DNA of 64,000 bases, from positions 146,118 to 210,117 of the forward strand of contig JBJHBW010000001.1 in assembly GCA_050485685.1 (NCBI GenBank), in the 5' to 3' direction. The notes below the pieces were generated by a model that saw only the letters and a list, made by a program, of their open reading frames with translations, had not been told where the DNA came from and made no database searches. Shown piece by piece: positions 25,022-32,893 of the stretch (positions are counted from its first letter, which is position 1; each line of letters starts with the position of its first letter). The stretch comes from Gammaproteobacteria bacterium (GTDB lineage: Bacteria; Pseudomonadota; Gammaproteobacteria; Steroidobacterales; Rariloculaceae). The position numbers and the translations under genes were made by a program.

Positions 25022-26302
25022 ATGTTCATCACGAAGAAGCATCTTTCCCGTCGCACCCTGTTGCGTGGCGCCGGCGCCGCCATTGCGCTGCCGTTTCTCG
25101 ATGCCATGGTGCCTGCCGGCAGGGCGATGGCCGAAACCGCTGCGCAGCCCCCCCTGCGCATGGGATTCGTGTTCTTCCCGCATGGTGCAGTCATCGATCG
25201 CTGGTCACCTGCCAGCACCGGCACCGACTTTGAGATATCCGACATCCTGACGCCACTCGAGCGTCATCGCTCGCAGCTGACCATCGTATCCGGATTGCGC
25301 AACCGGCCCGCGGAGAGCCCCGATCCGCACGGCATCGTCGAACGTACCTGGCTGAGCTGCGTGAATCCTAACGATGCCGGCAGTCGCACCGATGCCGGTG
25401 TCACGGCTGACCAGATCGCCGCGCGATACATAGGCCAGGACACGCCTATGCCGTCGCTGGAAATCACGACCGAGGGCCGCGGCAGTTCGCTGGCATGGCG
25501 CACGCCAACGCAGCCCCTGCCGATGGAGAACAATCCACGCACGCTGTTCTACCGGCTGTTCGGCCAGGGCGATACCGATGAAGAGCGGCGCATGATCATC
25601 GCCGAACAGGGCAGCATTCTCGACCGCGTGCAGCAGCAGACACAGCGCTTTCGTCGCGAACTGGGCGCGCCGGACCGTGTGATGCTTGACGACTATCTCG
25701 ATTCGGTGCGTGAGGTGGAAAGGCGCGTGGAAAACATGATGGCGCAGGACTTCTCAGCGCTGGACATTCCCGATGCACCGATAGGCGTGCCGAACGATTT
25801 CGATCCGCACCTTCGGCTGATGTTCGATCTGATGGCGCTCGCCTTCCAGGCCGATCTCACCCGCGTTGCGACCTACCACATGGCCCGCGAAGTCAGCATG
25901 AGAACCTACAACAACCTCGGCATTTCCGAAGCGTTCCATCCGCTTTCGCATCATGGCCGCAACCCGGCGGATCTCGACAAGCTGGTTGCGATCCAGCGCT
26001 ATCACACGGACCTGTTCGCACGCTTCGTGGACAGGCTGGCAGCCACGCCGGACGGAGACGGGTCGGTGCTCGACCATTCCATGCTGCTGTTCGGCAGCAA
26101 CATGAGCGACAGCGACAGACACAACCAGGATCCGTTGCCGGCGCTGATCGTCGGGCGGGCGCACGGACGCATCAAGGGTGGCCAGCACCTGAGGTATCCA
26201 CAGAACACGCAGTTCTCCAACCTGCTGGTGACGATGTTCGACCGCGGCGGCATTCCGGTCGAAGCCATTGGCGACAGCACCGGTCCGTTCGCCGAAGTCT
26301 GA
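25022..26302 (+). CDS. DUF1552-family protein with Tat signal
   Basis: GAGGAG Shine-Dalgarno 9 nt upstream. The N-terminus is MFITKKHLSRRTLLRGAGAAIALPFLDAM (SRRxLL). It starts 14 nt after the DUF1592-type gene; this pairing is the usual one for these families. Confidence 0.85.
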   Translation: MFITKKHLSRRTLLRGAGAAIALPFLDAMVPAGRAMAETAAQPPLRMGFVFFPHGAVIDRWSPASTGTDFEISDILTPLERHRSQLTIVSGLRNRPAESPDPHGIVERTWLSCVNPNDAGSRTDAGVTADQIAARYIGQDTPMPSLEITTEGRGSSLAWRTPTQPLPMENNPRTLFYRLFGQGDTDEERRMIIAEQGSILDRVQQQTQRFRRELGAPDRVMLDDYLDSVREVERRVENMMAQDFSALDIPDAPIGVPNDFDPHLRLMFDLMALAFQADLTRVATYHMAREVSMRTYNNLGISEAFHPLSHHGRNPADLDKLVAIQRYHTDLFARFVDRLAATPDGDGSVLDHSMLLFGSNMSDSDRHNQDPLPALIVGRAHGRIKGGQHLRYPQNTQFSNLLVTMFDRGGIPVEAIGDSTGPFAEV

Positions 26303-27918
26303 TGCGTATCGCGTCACCCGTATTCGCACTCGCGGCCGTGGCCACGGCGGTGGCGGGCCTGCTTGCGAACCCCGCTGTCGCAGACGAAGCCGCCTCTGAA
26401 GGTTCATCAGGCGCGTCGCAGCAGTCCCTGCCGCAGCAGGCCCGAACACTGCCATCCGGTTCGCGAACCGTGGACCCGCGAGCAGCGGCCGCGCAGGCGC
26501 TGATCAACGCGGCGAAACACCGCGACAGCGCTCGCGCCCTTACCCTCATAAACGACGGCGCGGATGTGAACGCTACGGAAGTGGACGGCACCACCGCTCT
26601 GATGTGGGCTGCCTACTATGGCGATGCCGACGTGGTGGCGGCGCTGCTGGCTGCGGGCGCGGATGCGACACCGCACAACGACTACGGCGTCAGTGCGCTG
26701 TCGGAAGCTGCAATTGCCGCTGACACTGCGGTGATTCGTCTGCTGCTCGAAGCCGGTGCCGACCCCGACTCGCCCACGCCGGAAGGGCAGACTTCGCTGA
26801 TGGCCGTCGCACGCACAGGCAACGTGCAGGCGGCCGAACTGCTGATCCGGGCCGGCGCCGATGTGAATGCCCGCGAAGAATGGGGCGGCCAGTCCGCATT
26901 GATGTGGGCGGCGGCCCAGAGTCAGCCCGCGATGATCGCGCTGCTGATCGAGCACGGCGCCGAAGTCGATGCGCGCGGTGCGATACGCGACTGGCAGCGC
27001 AAGGTTACCGCGGAACCGCGGCCCAAGGACATGAATCGCGGCGGCTTCACGCCGCTGCTCTACGCGGCCCGCGAAGGCTGCATCGCCTGCGCACATGAAC
27101 TGCTGGCAGGCGGTGCGGACATCAATCTGTCCGATCCGGAACGCGTATCTCCATTGAACCTCGCGCTGATCAACCAGAACTTCGACTTTGCCGCTTTCAT
27201 CATCGAAGCCGGCGCCGACGTGGACCGCTGGGATTTCTTCGGTCGCTCACCGCTGTACAACGCGGTAGACATGAACACCCTGCCCGCGCTGGGCAATCGC
27301 GAAGGCGGCCGCAACGACATCCCTTCCGCCGACGCAACCACACCGCTGGAAATCGTCGCCATGCTGCTTGCCGCAGGCGCAAATCCCAACCTGCAGCTCA
27401 AGCTTCGCCCCCCTTATCGCAATGTGCCGTTCGACCGCGGTGCCGACCCGCTGCTCGGCACCGGCGCCACACCTCTGCTGCGCGCCGCGCAGGCCGCGGA
27501 CATAGAAGCGATCCGGCTGCTGCTCGCAGCCGAAGCACTGGTGGATCTTCCCAACGCCAACGGCTTTACCCCTCTGATGGCGGCAGCCGGCATGGGCATA
27601 GGCAACCGGCCTTCACGCGGCGTTTTCCGCACCGTAGATGACGGTGTCATCGCCGTCGACATGCTGGTGGCGGCCGGTGCGGACATCAATGCGACGGCGA
27701 ACAATGGCCGCACCGCAGCACACGGCCCGGCAATGATGGGGTGGAATCCGCTGATCAGGGCACTGCATCGCCATGGCGCGGACTTCACCGTCGCCGACAA
27801 TCAGGGCAGGACTCCTCTGGACCTTGCGCGCGGCGATTTTCAGGCGGGTTTTCTTGAATCCCCGCCGGAGCCCAGGGAAGCGACCATCGCACTGCTGGAA
27901 GAACTGCTCGCGGACTGA
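26302..27918 (+). CDS. Secreted ankyrin-repeat protein (more than 10 ANK repeats)
   Basis: The start ATG overlaps the DUF1552 stop (TGATG). Signal peptide MRIASPVFALAAVATAVAGLLANPAVA. ANK consensus recurs (G.TALMWAA..G....V..LL.AGAD). Confidence 0.85.
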   Translation: MRIASPVFALAAVATAVAGLLANPAVADEAASEGSSGASQQSLPQQARTLPSGSRTVDPRAAAAQALINAAKHRDSARALTLINDGADVNATEVDGTTALMWAAYYGDADVVAALLAAGADATPHNDYGVSALSEAAIAADTAVIRLLLEAGADPDSPTPEGQTSLMAVARTGNVQAAELLIRAGADVNAREEWGGQSALMWAAAQSQPAMIALLIEHGAEVDARGAIRDWQRKVTAEPRPKDMNRGGFTPLLYAAREGCIACAHELLAGGADINLSDPERVSPLNLALINQNFDFAAFIIEAGADVDRWDFFGRSPLYNAVDMNTLPALGNREGGRNDIPSADATTPLEIVAMLLAAGANPNLQLKLRPPYRNVPFDRGADPLLGTGATPLLRAAQAADIEAIRLLLAAEALVDLPNANGFTPLMAAAGMGIGNRPSRGVFRTVDDGVIAVDMLVAAGADINATANNGRTAAHGPAMMGWNPLIRALHRHGADFTVADNQGRTPLDLARGDFQAGFLESPPEPREATIALLEELLAD

Positions 27919-27929
27919 CGCACCGCGGG

Positions 27930-28664
27930 TCACCTGCCAACGGCCTGGCGACGAACCAGACCGGCCAGCGTTCGCATCAGCTGTGCCTGCAAGGTCGCCC
28001 AACCGGCGCCGGTCGCGCCCACCAGACGCTGATTCACCTCCAGCTCCAGACCCAGGTAATCCTGCGCGTCGTAGCGGCGACGCAGTGATGTGACAAACCC
28101 GTCCGCGATACCCCGATACGGATAGTTTCGGCGCACCGTCAGGGTCGGGCATGCCTCCAGCAGAGCCAGGCGCCAGGCCGCGGCGAAACTGCGTTCACGG
28201 GATCGGGCCGGGTCGTAGAGAAAAGCCAGATCCGCGTTGCGACGCTGGCCGTTCAGCACGGGCGTAAAACTGTGCACGGACAGGTGCAGGACCTGATGAC
28301 CTGCTGCGATTGCGTTGTCCACATGCGCTATCAGGCGATTGCGCCAGGGGTGGTAATGGCGGTCGAGAATGCCGGCCTTGTCCTGATCAGGCAGATCGCG
28401 CGTAAAGCGGGAAAACAGCGCACGATGGTGCACGGAACGATTCAGGTCCACCAGCAGTCGCGTCGTCGTCGCAATCAGTGCGGGCGACTCCGAAAGTTTC
28501 GCCAGTTGTCGCGCCAGATCCGCGGCGCCACTGTCGTAGCCATTGTGTGACTGCAGCACGCGCCCGGCACCCGCGAACAGCGGCGCGTAGCGCGCCGGAA
28601 CGCGATTGCCGCCGTGTTCACAGCTGACGATCAGCGAAAGCGGTCGCGGAGAATCCACTGCCAT
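27930..28664 (-). CDS. N-formylglutamate amidohydrolase (FGase/HutG-like) family protein
   Basis: LSLIVSCEHGGNRVP is the N-terminal FGase signature, and LSVHSF is also present. The ATG at 28664 (or GTG at 28658) overlaps the upstream GCS2 gene by about 47 nt. Confidence 0.8.
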   Translation of the reverse strand: MAVDSPRPLSLIVSCEHGGNRVPARYAPLFAGAGRVLQSHNGYDSGAADLARQLAKLSESPALIATTTRLLVDLNRSVHHRALFSRFTRDLPDQDKAGILDRHYHPWRNRLIAHVDNAIAAGHQVLHLSVHSFTPVLNGQRRNADLAFLYDPARSRERSFAAAWRLALLEACPTLTVRRNYPYRGIADGFVTSLRRRYDAQDYLGLELEVNQRLVGATGAGWATLQAQLMRTLAGLVRRQAVGR

Positions 28665-29913
28665 CGGCCAATGTATTGCAAAGTTCGCGGTACACACGGT
28701 TGAGCACAGTGCGATCGTCCTTCGCGCCCAGCGCCGCAAGAATGCGCGTGGCCAGAGTGCCTTCACGCAGATACAGCTCCGCCATACGTCCGGCCTCCTG
28801 ATCCAGCGCCCCGGCGGCCGCGGCATGCTCGATCAGTGCTTCCCACAGACCGTGCAGCGTGATGCCGGCGGACGACACGCCCAGCGCCGCAAGATAATCG
28901 CGACGGCCAAGCTCCGTGCGCTCAGCATCCCGCACCGCGCCCTGAAATAACGCTGCGAGTTCGGTGGTCGGGAACCGGTTCAATGCGCGCGGATCGCACC
29001 ATTGCGCTTCGCACAACGATTTCAACACGGCGCTGATGATGGCCGAACGGGCCAGATCGGCAGCCGGACACTCCTGCACGTCCAGCACGCGAATCTCGAT
29101 GGCCATGCGATCAAAGCGCGCAATCGCGCCACGCGCGTTTACCCACTCATGGCGCAGTACGCCGTCCGGATCGTGCGGTTCCAGATCGCGATATACCGGC
29201 GCGAGAATGCGCTCGTGGTACTCGTTCATATCGGACACCGGCTCCGGCACTACAGCCCCGGTCACCGACGGTATGCGGGCGCAGTTGTTGCGATAGACCG
29301 CCAGGCGGTTGTCCAGTGTTCCGCTTCGCCGGCCATCCATGACAGGCGAACTGGCACACAGCGCCGGCATGAAAGGTATGAGGAAACGAATGGCCGCATG
29401 CAATCGTGCGAACTCGTCATCGTCGGCGAACGGCAGATTCAGATGGGCACTTTGCAGATTGGCCCAGCCGTGACCACGGCAACTGAATATGCGGTCGAAA
29501 GTCTCATAGATGATGCGCGTGCCATGCGGCCAGAGTTTCAGATCTCGCGCCGGATCCATCCACGGATGCATGGCCGATGGCATGAGTCTGCGCCCGTGTT
29601 CCTCCAGCAGTTTGTTCGCATGCACGACGTTGCGCTGAAAATCGCCGGCAAGACCTGACAGGTGAGGCTGCGGCCCGTTGCACTTGAACTCGATGACGTG
29701 CAGTGCCAGCTCGTTGTTCCATGCGATCGTGCCGTTCTCGAACTCATCCGTCAGTTCACCGGCGGCAGCCGTCAGCAGTTCGTCGGCCACGGGCCTGACG
29801 GCCAGGGTCGCGGCATCGACGATCATGTACTCGAGTTCCACGCCGTAGAGCGTGAACAGCCCTGCCGCGGCGGTAGACGCGGAACGTTCGGTCACGTCCG
29901 GCTCAGCCTGCAT
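28618..29913 (-). CDS. GCS2-family carboxylate-amine (glutamate-cysteine-type) ligase
   Basis: YGVELEYMIVD and ELALHVIEFK are the YbdK/GCS2 signature. The start overlaps the ATP-grasp gene stop by 11 nt. Confidence 0.8.
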   Translation of the reverse strand: MQAEPDVTERSASTAAAGLFTLYGVELEYMIVDAATLAVRPVADELLTAAAGELTDEFENGTIAWNNELALHVIEFKCNGPQPHLSGLAGDFQRNVVHANKLLEEHGRRLMPSAMHPWMDPARDLKLWPHGTRIIYETFDRIFSCRGHGWANLQSAHLNLPFADDDEFARLHAAIRFLIPFMPALCASSPVMDGRRSGTLDNRLAVYRNNCARIPSVTGAVVPEPVSDMNEYHERILAPVYRDLEPHDPDGVLRHEWVNARGAIARFDRMAIEIRVLDVQECPAADLARSAIISAVLKSLCEAQWCDPRALNRFPTTELAALFQGAVRDAERTELGRRDYLAALGVSSAGITLHGLWEALIEHAAAAGALDQEAGRMAELYLREGTLATRILAALGAKDDRTVLNRVYRELCNTLADGSGFSATAFADRQL

Positions 29914-31378
29914 TGCGCGCCTGCCTGCCGCCTTCCACCCGCGCGCGGAACACCTTCATCACGCGCTCGTACAGTGCATCTCCGAGCACCTGATCCTCGA
30001 CGCCATGATCGATGTTCGGATTGTCGTTGACCTCGATCAGCACCGGCTGTCCGTTAACGGTCTTGATGTCCACTCCGTACAGTCCGTCGCCTATCGCATT
30101 GGCCGCACGCAGGGCCAGGTCCACGACGTCGCGCGGGGTGTCTTCGATCGCGATCGTTTCCCAGTCGCCTTCCTTGGCGCGCTTGCGTTCGCCACCGTGC
30201 TCGTAGATCTGCCAGTGGCCCTGTGCCATGAAGTACCGGCAGGCGAAAATTGCCTCCTGGTCGAGCACACCGATGCGCCAGTCGAACTCGGTGGGCAAGA
30301 AGGACTGCACCACGACCAGATCGCTGCGGGCCAGCAGACGCTGCAGGTGGGCGATCAGCGTGTCACGGGTATCGGCACGGAACACGCCTTCGGAGAAAGC
30401 GCTGTCGGGTTGCTTCAACACACAGGGCAGACCGAGGGTGGCGATGATCTCGTCCGGCTTTGCACTGCTGACGACCATGGTCGGCGGAATCGCAAGATTC
30501 AACCGCTTGGCCAGTTCCGCCAGATAGACCTTGTTACCGCAGCGAATGATGGACTCCGGATCGTCGATCACAACCAGACCTTCGTTACGCGCACGACTGG
30601 CGAAGCGGTAGGTATGGTGATTCACGCTGGTGGTCTCGCGTATGAACAGTGCGTCAAATTCCGCCAGACTGCCGTAGTCATCACGATCCAGATACTGCAC
30701 GTCGAAACCCTGCGCCCGCGCCGCACGCTCAAAGCGCTTCAGCGCCTCGCGATTGGACGGCGGAGAGCGCTCGTTGTCGCTGACCAGTACGGCAAGATCG
30801 TGTTCGTACTGCACCGTGCGCCCGGAACGCCCTGCGGGTCCGCGGCGCGCGAAATGGTCTTCGATGACCTGACGCAGGAAACTGCGATGACCGGATGGCA
30901 GCTCCCCGACCGGAATCGGCGCCAGACTCGCAAGGCGCCAGCGTGTGCCCTTGTGGAAGGTCGCACGCATCAGCGGCACCGGAAACAGATTGAACAGCGC
31001 CCGGCTCAGGCGCGCATGACGCTCGGCCAGGTTGCGGCCGAAATAGATGCTGAGTTCGAACCGTCGCGACACGATGTCCGCCAGGGATTTCTGTATCAGC
31101 TCGTCGAGATCGTCGGCCGGCCGGAACAGTGAGCGGGACTTCATGTCCTGCATCGTCGTCACCCCGGGCAGCGTGCGGTGCCCGCGGGCGGCGGCCAGCA
31201 GCGAGACGTAATAGCCCACGCTCTGATAGCGGTATGAGTCGCAGAGATTGTAGACCCGCATGCGGCGACGCTCGCTGAACCGCGGATGGCGCAGGTAGTC
31301 GTCAGCACTGACGACTTCAGCCAGACGCATCTTCAGCGGCCAGTGCTCGGGATGATCAACGACAATCAGCTGTGTCAT
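29903..31378 (-). CDS. RimK-type ATP-grasp ligase with N-terminal RLAN-like domain
   Basis: 491 aa. The C-terminal half has ATP-grasp motifs (LPCVLKQPDSAFSEGV, DWRIGVLD, LYGVDIKTVNGQPVLIEVNDNPNID). The N-terminal ~200 aa (YNLCDSYRYQSVGYYVSLLAAARGH) matches what I recall of the RimK-like ATP-grasp N-terminal domain. The start overlaps the upstream stop (ATGA). Confidence 0.85.
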   Translation of the reverse strand: MTQLIVVDHPEHWPLKMRLAEVVSADDYLRHPRFSERRRMRVYNLCDSYRYQSVGYYVSLLAAARGHRTLPGVTTMQDMKSRSLFRPADDLDELIQKSLADIVSRRFELSIYFGRNLAERHARLSRALFNLFPVPLMRATFHKGTRWRLASLAPIPVGELPSGHRSFLRQVIEDHFARRGPAGRSGRTVQYEHDLAVLVSDNERSPPSNREALKRFERAARAQGFDVQYLDRDDYGSLAEFDALFIRETTSVNHHTYRFASRARNEGLVVIDDPESIIRCGNKVYLAELAKRLNLAIPPTMVVSSAKPDEIIATLGLPCVLKQPDSAFSEGVFRADTRDTLIAHLQRLLARSDLVVVQSFLPTEFDWRIGVLDQEAIFACRYFMAQGHWQIYEHGGERKRAKEGDWETIAIEDTPRDVVDLALRAANAIGDGLYGVDIKTVNGQPVLIEVNDNPNIDHGVEDQVLGDALYERVMKVFRARVEGGRQARNAG

Positions 31379-32181
31379 CGCGCGTGCTTCGGTTCAATGA
31401 CCAGCAGGTTGGCATCATAGGTCGCGATGCCGAGCAGTATTGCGCCGATCAGTCTGTGCACGTTGACCGCGTAGTAACGCGACCCGGCCAGCGGATTGCC
31501 CTTGAACGGGTCGGCCACGGAAACCTCTCGTGACGCCCTGTCGTAACCGGTCAGCACAACGAAATGACCCACCGGCTCGCCACGTACATCGTCACTGAGA
31601 TTGGTGTCGGGCAGGTCGCGAACCGCCCGGTAAAGATAGGTGGCGCTCAATCCGGTGATGACCGGTCGCTTGCGATTCAGGAACCGCCTGATCAGTGCCG
31701 GCTCCAGATCCTCAAACAGCAGCCGGCCACCGAGTTCGAGAAACTCCTGATAACCGCGCGTCGCCAGACGCAGGCGGGTGTCCTGCTTGTGCTCGGCCTG
31801 TGCCGCCAGCCGCTGTGCGATCTCGCGGGGCGGGAGCACGAACCAGGTCGGGTCGAACAGTGTCAGGTTATAGGTATACAGCGTGGCGCGGTAACCGCGT
31901 CTCAGTGCATGGTTGGCGAGGAAGACGTCCAGGGTCCCGCCTTCGTCCAGCATGCTGATATCGGCAATCAGCTCCGGCAAAGGGACCTCGTCGCCGTAAT
32001 AGCGGTATACGCCGTGCAGACAGGCTGGCCCGCAGGTGACGTCATCGGGCTGTGGTTCGAGAACAAAGCCCAGGCCCACCTGATCGGCGATTGCCGACGC
32101 ATGCAGGTCGTCGAGTGAGGTCAAGTCCGCCGGATCGGTCACGGCATACCGTTCGTACACGTCATCGACCAACATTGTCAT
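31375..32181 (-). CDS. Papain-fold / C39-like cysteine peptidase (or BtrH-like transferase) homologue
   Basis: A candidate catalytic Cys lies in DDVTCGPACLHG and a candidate His in GHFVVLTGYD. The first ATG is at 32181; the track start at 32202 is a TTG. Confidence 0.65.
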   Translation of the reverse strand: MTMLVDDVYERYAVTDPADLTSLDDLHASAIADQVGLGFVLEPQPDDVTCGPACLHGVYRYYGDEVPLPELIADISMLDEGGTLDVFLANHALRRGYRATLYTYNLTLFDPTWFVLPPREIAQRLAAQAEHKQDTRLRLATRGYQEFLELGGRLLFEDLEPALIRRFLNRKRPVITGLSATYLYRAVRDLPDTNLSDDVRGEPVGHFVVLTGYDRASREVSVADPFKGNPLAGSRYYAVNVHRLIGAILLGIATYDANLLVIEPKHAR

Positions 32182-32241
32182 CCCGCGGCGAACCGATCTC
32201 AAGCTGCGGAGCCTGCCCGCTTCAGGCCGGCTCAGGCCGGT

Positions 32242-32517
32242 TCAGACACGGGGTTCAAAATCGTCCTGAGAAAGCGTGTCGTCCTCGCCATCGATACCGA
32301 AGTCGTCGAAGTCGTCCCAGTCAGACAGCTGCTGGCGCAGCCACTGTTCTTCCCTGCGCTGCTCCAGTCGCAGCCGTGCGGAACGATCGTCGACCCTGCG
32401 CACTCCACCGTTCTGGTGTTCCATATCAACGATGAATTCAGACGCCTGGAACTGATCGTCACTGAACAGTCCGGTGTCATCGAGATCCTGGCCTGCATCT
32501 TGCTTTGGCCTGCGCAT
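32242..32517 (-). CDS. Highly acidic 91-aa protein of unknown function
   Basis: GAGGAG Shine-Dalgarno 5-6 nt before the ATG at 32517. The sequence is Asp/Glu-rich with a central basic helix (RSARLRLEQRREEQWLRQQL) and a DWDDFDDFGIDGEDD tail. It resembles, from memory, small acidic gammaproteobacterial proteins of the PA3496 type. Confidence 0.65.
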   Translation of the reverse strand: MRRPKQDAGQDLDDTGLFSDDQFQASEFIVDMEHQNGGVRRVDDRSARLRLEQRREEQWLRQQLSDWDDFDDFGIDGEDDTLSQDDFEPRV

Positions 32518-32893
32518 GCTGTTTACTCCTCGACATGCCCACTGCCCGATGGCAGTTCATGCTGTTACCTGTCAGAGCGCCCGTCTGCCCGGAGCGTCAT
32601 GACCGCACAGTTAGAAAGCGGATTGTGCGACCGGTTCCCACCGCGTCGCTGCCGGCGGGCGAACCCCGACTGCCACGCGCAAACCTTCTCCTGAAGCCCG
32701 GCAACTATAGGCTGTACAGCGCCACAGTCAACAAGAAAAAAATAATACAAAACATGTACTTACGTTATCGTTCCCGAAACCGTCCAGCACGGTCGGCAGG
32801 CGATGCACCAATTACAGGCACGCGAGCGTGAAATGCCACTCAGCGAACGGTAACCGAAGCATCGTAGAATGCGCTGACGCTGCGGAGGACAAC

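Noticed and set aside
32221-32245. Tandem 10-nt repeat (tcaggccgg unit, about 2.5 copies) as a possible CRISPR or VNTR
   Set aside because: It is far too short and lacks spacers for a CRISPR array. No other repeat-spacer structure was seen anywhere in the window. It is reported only as part of the intergenic description.
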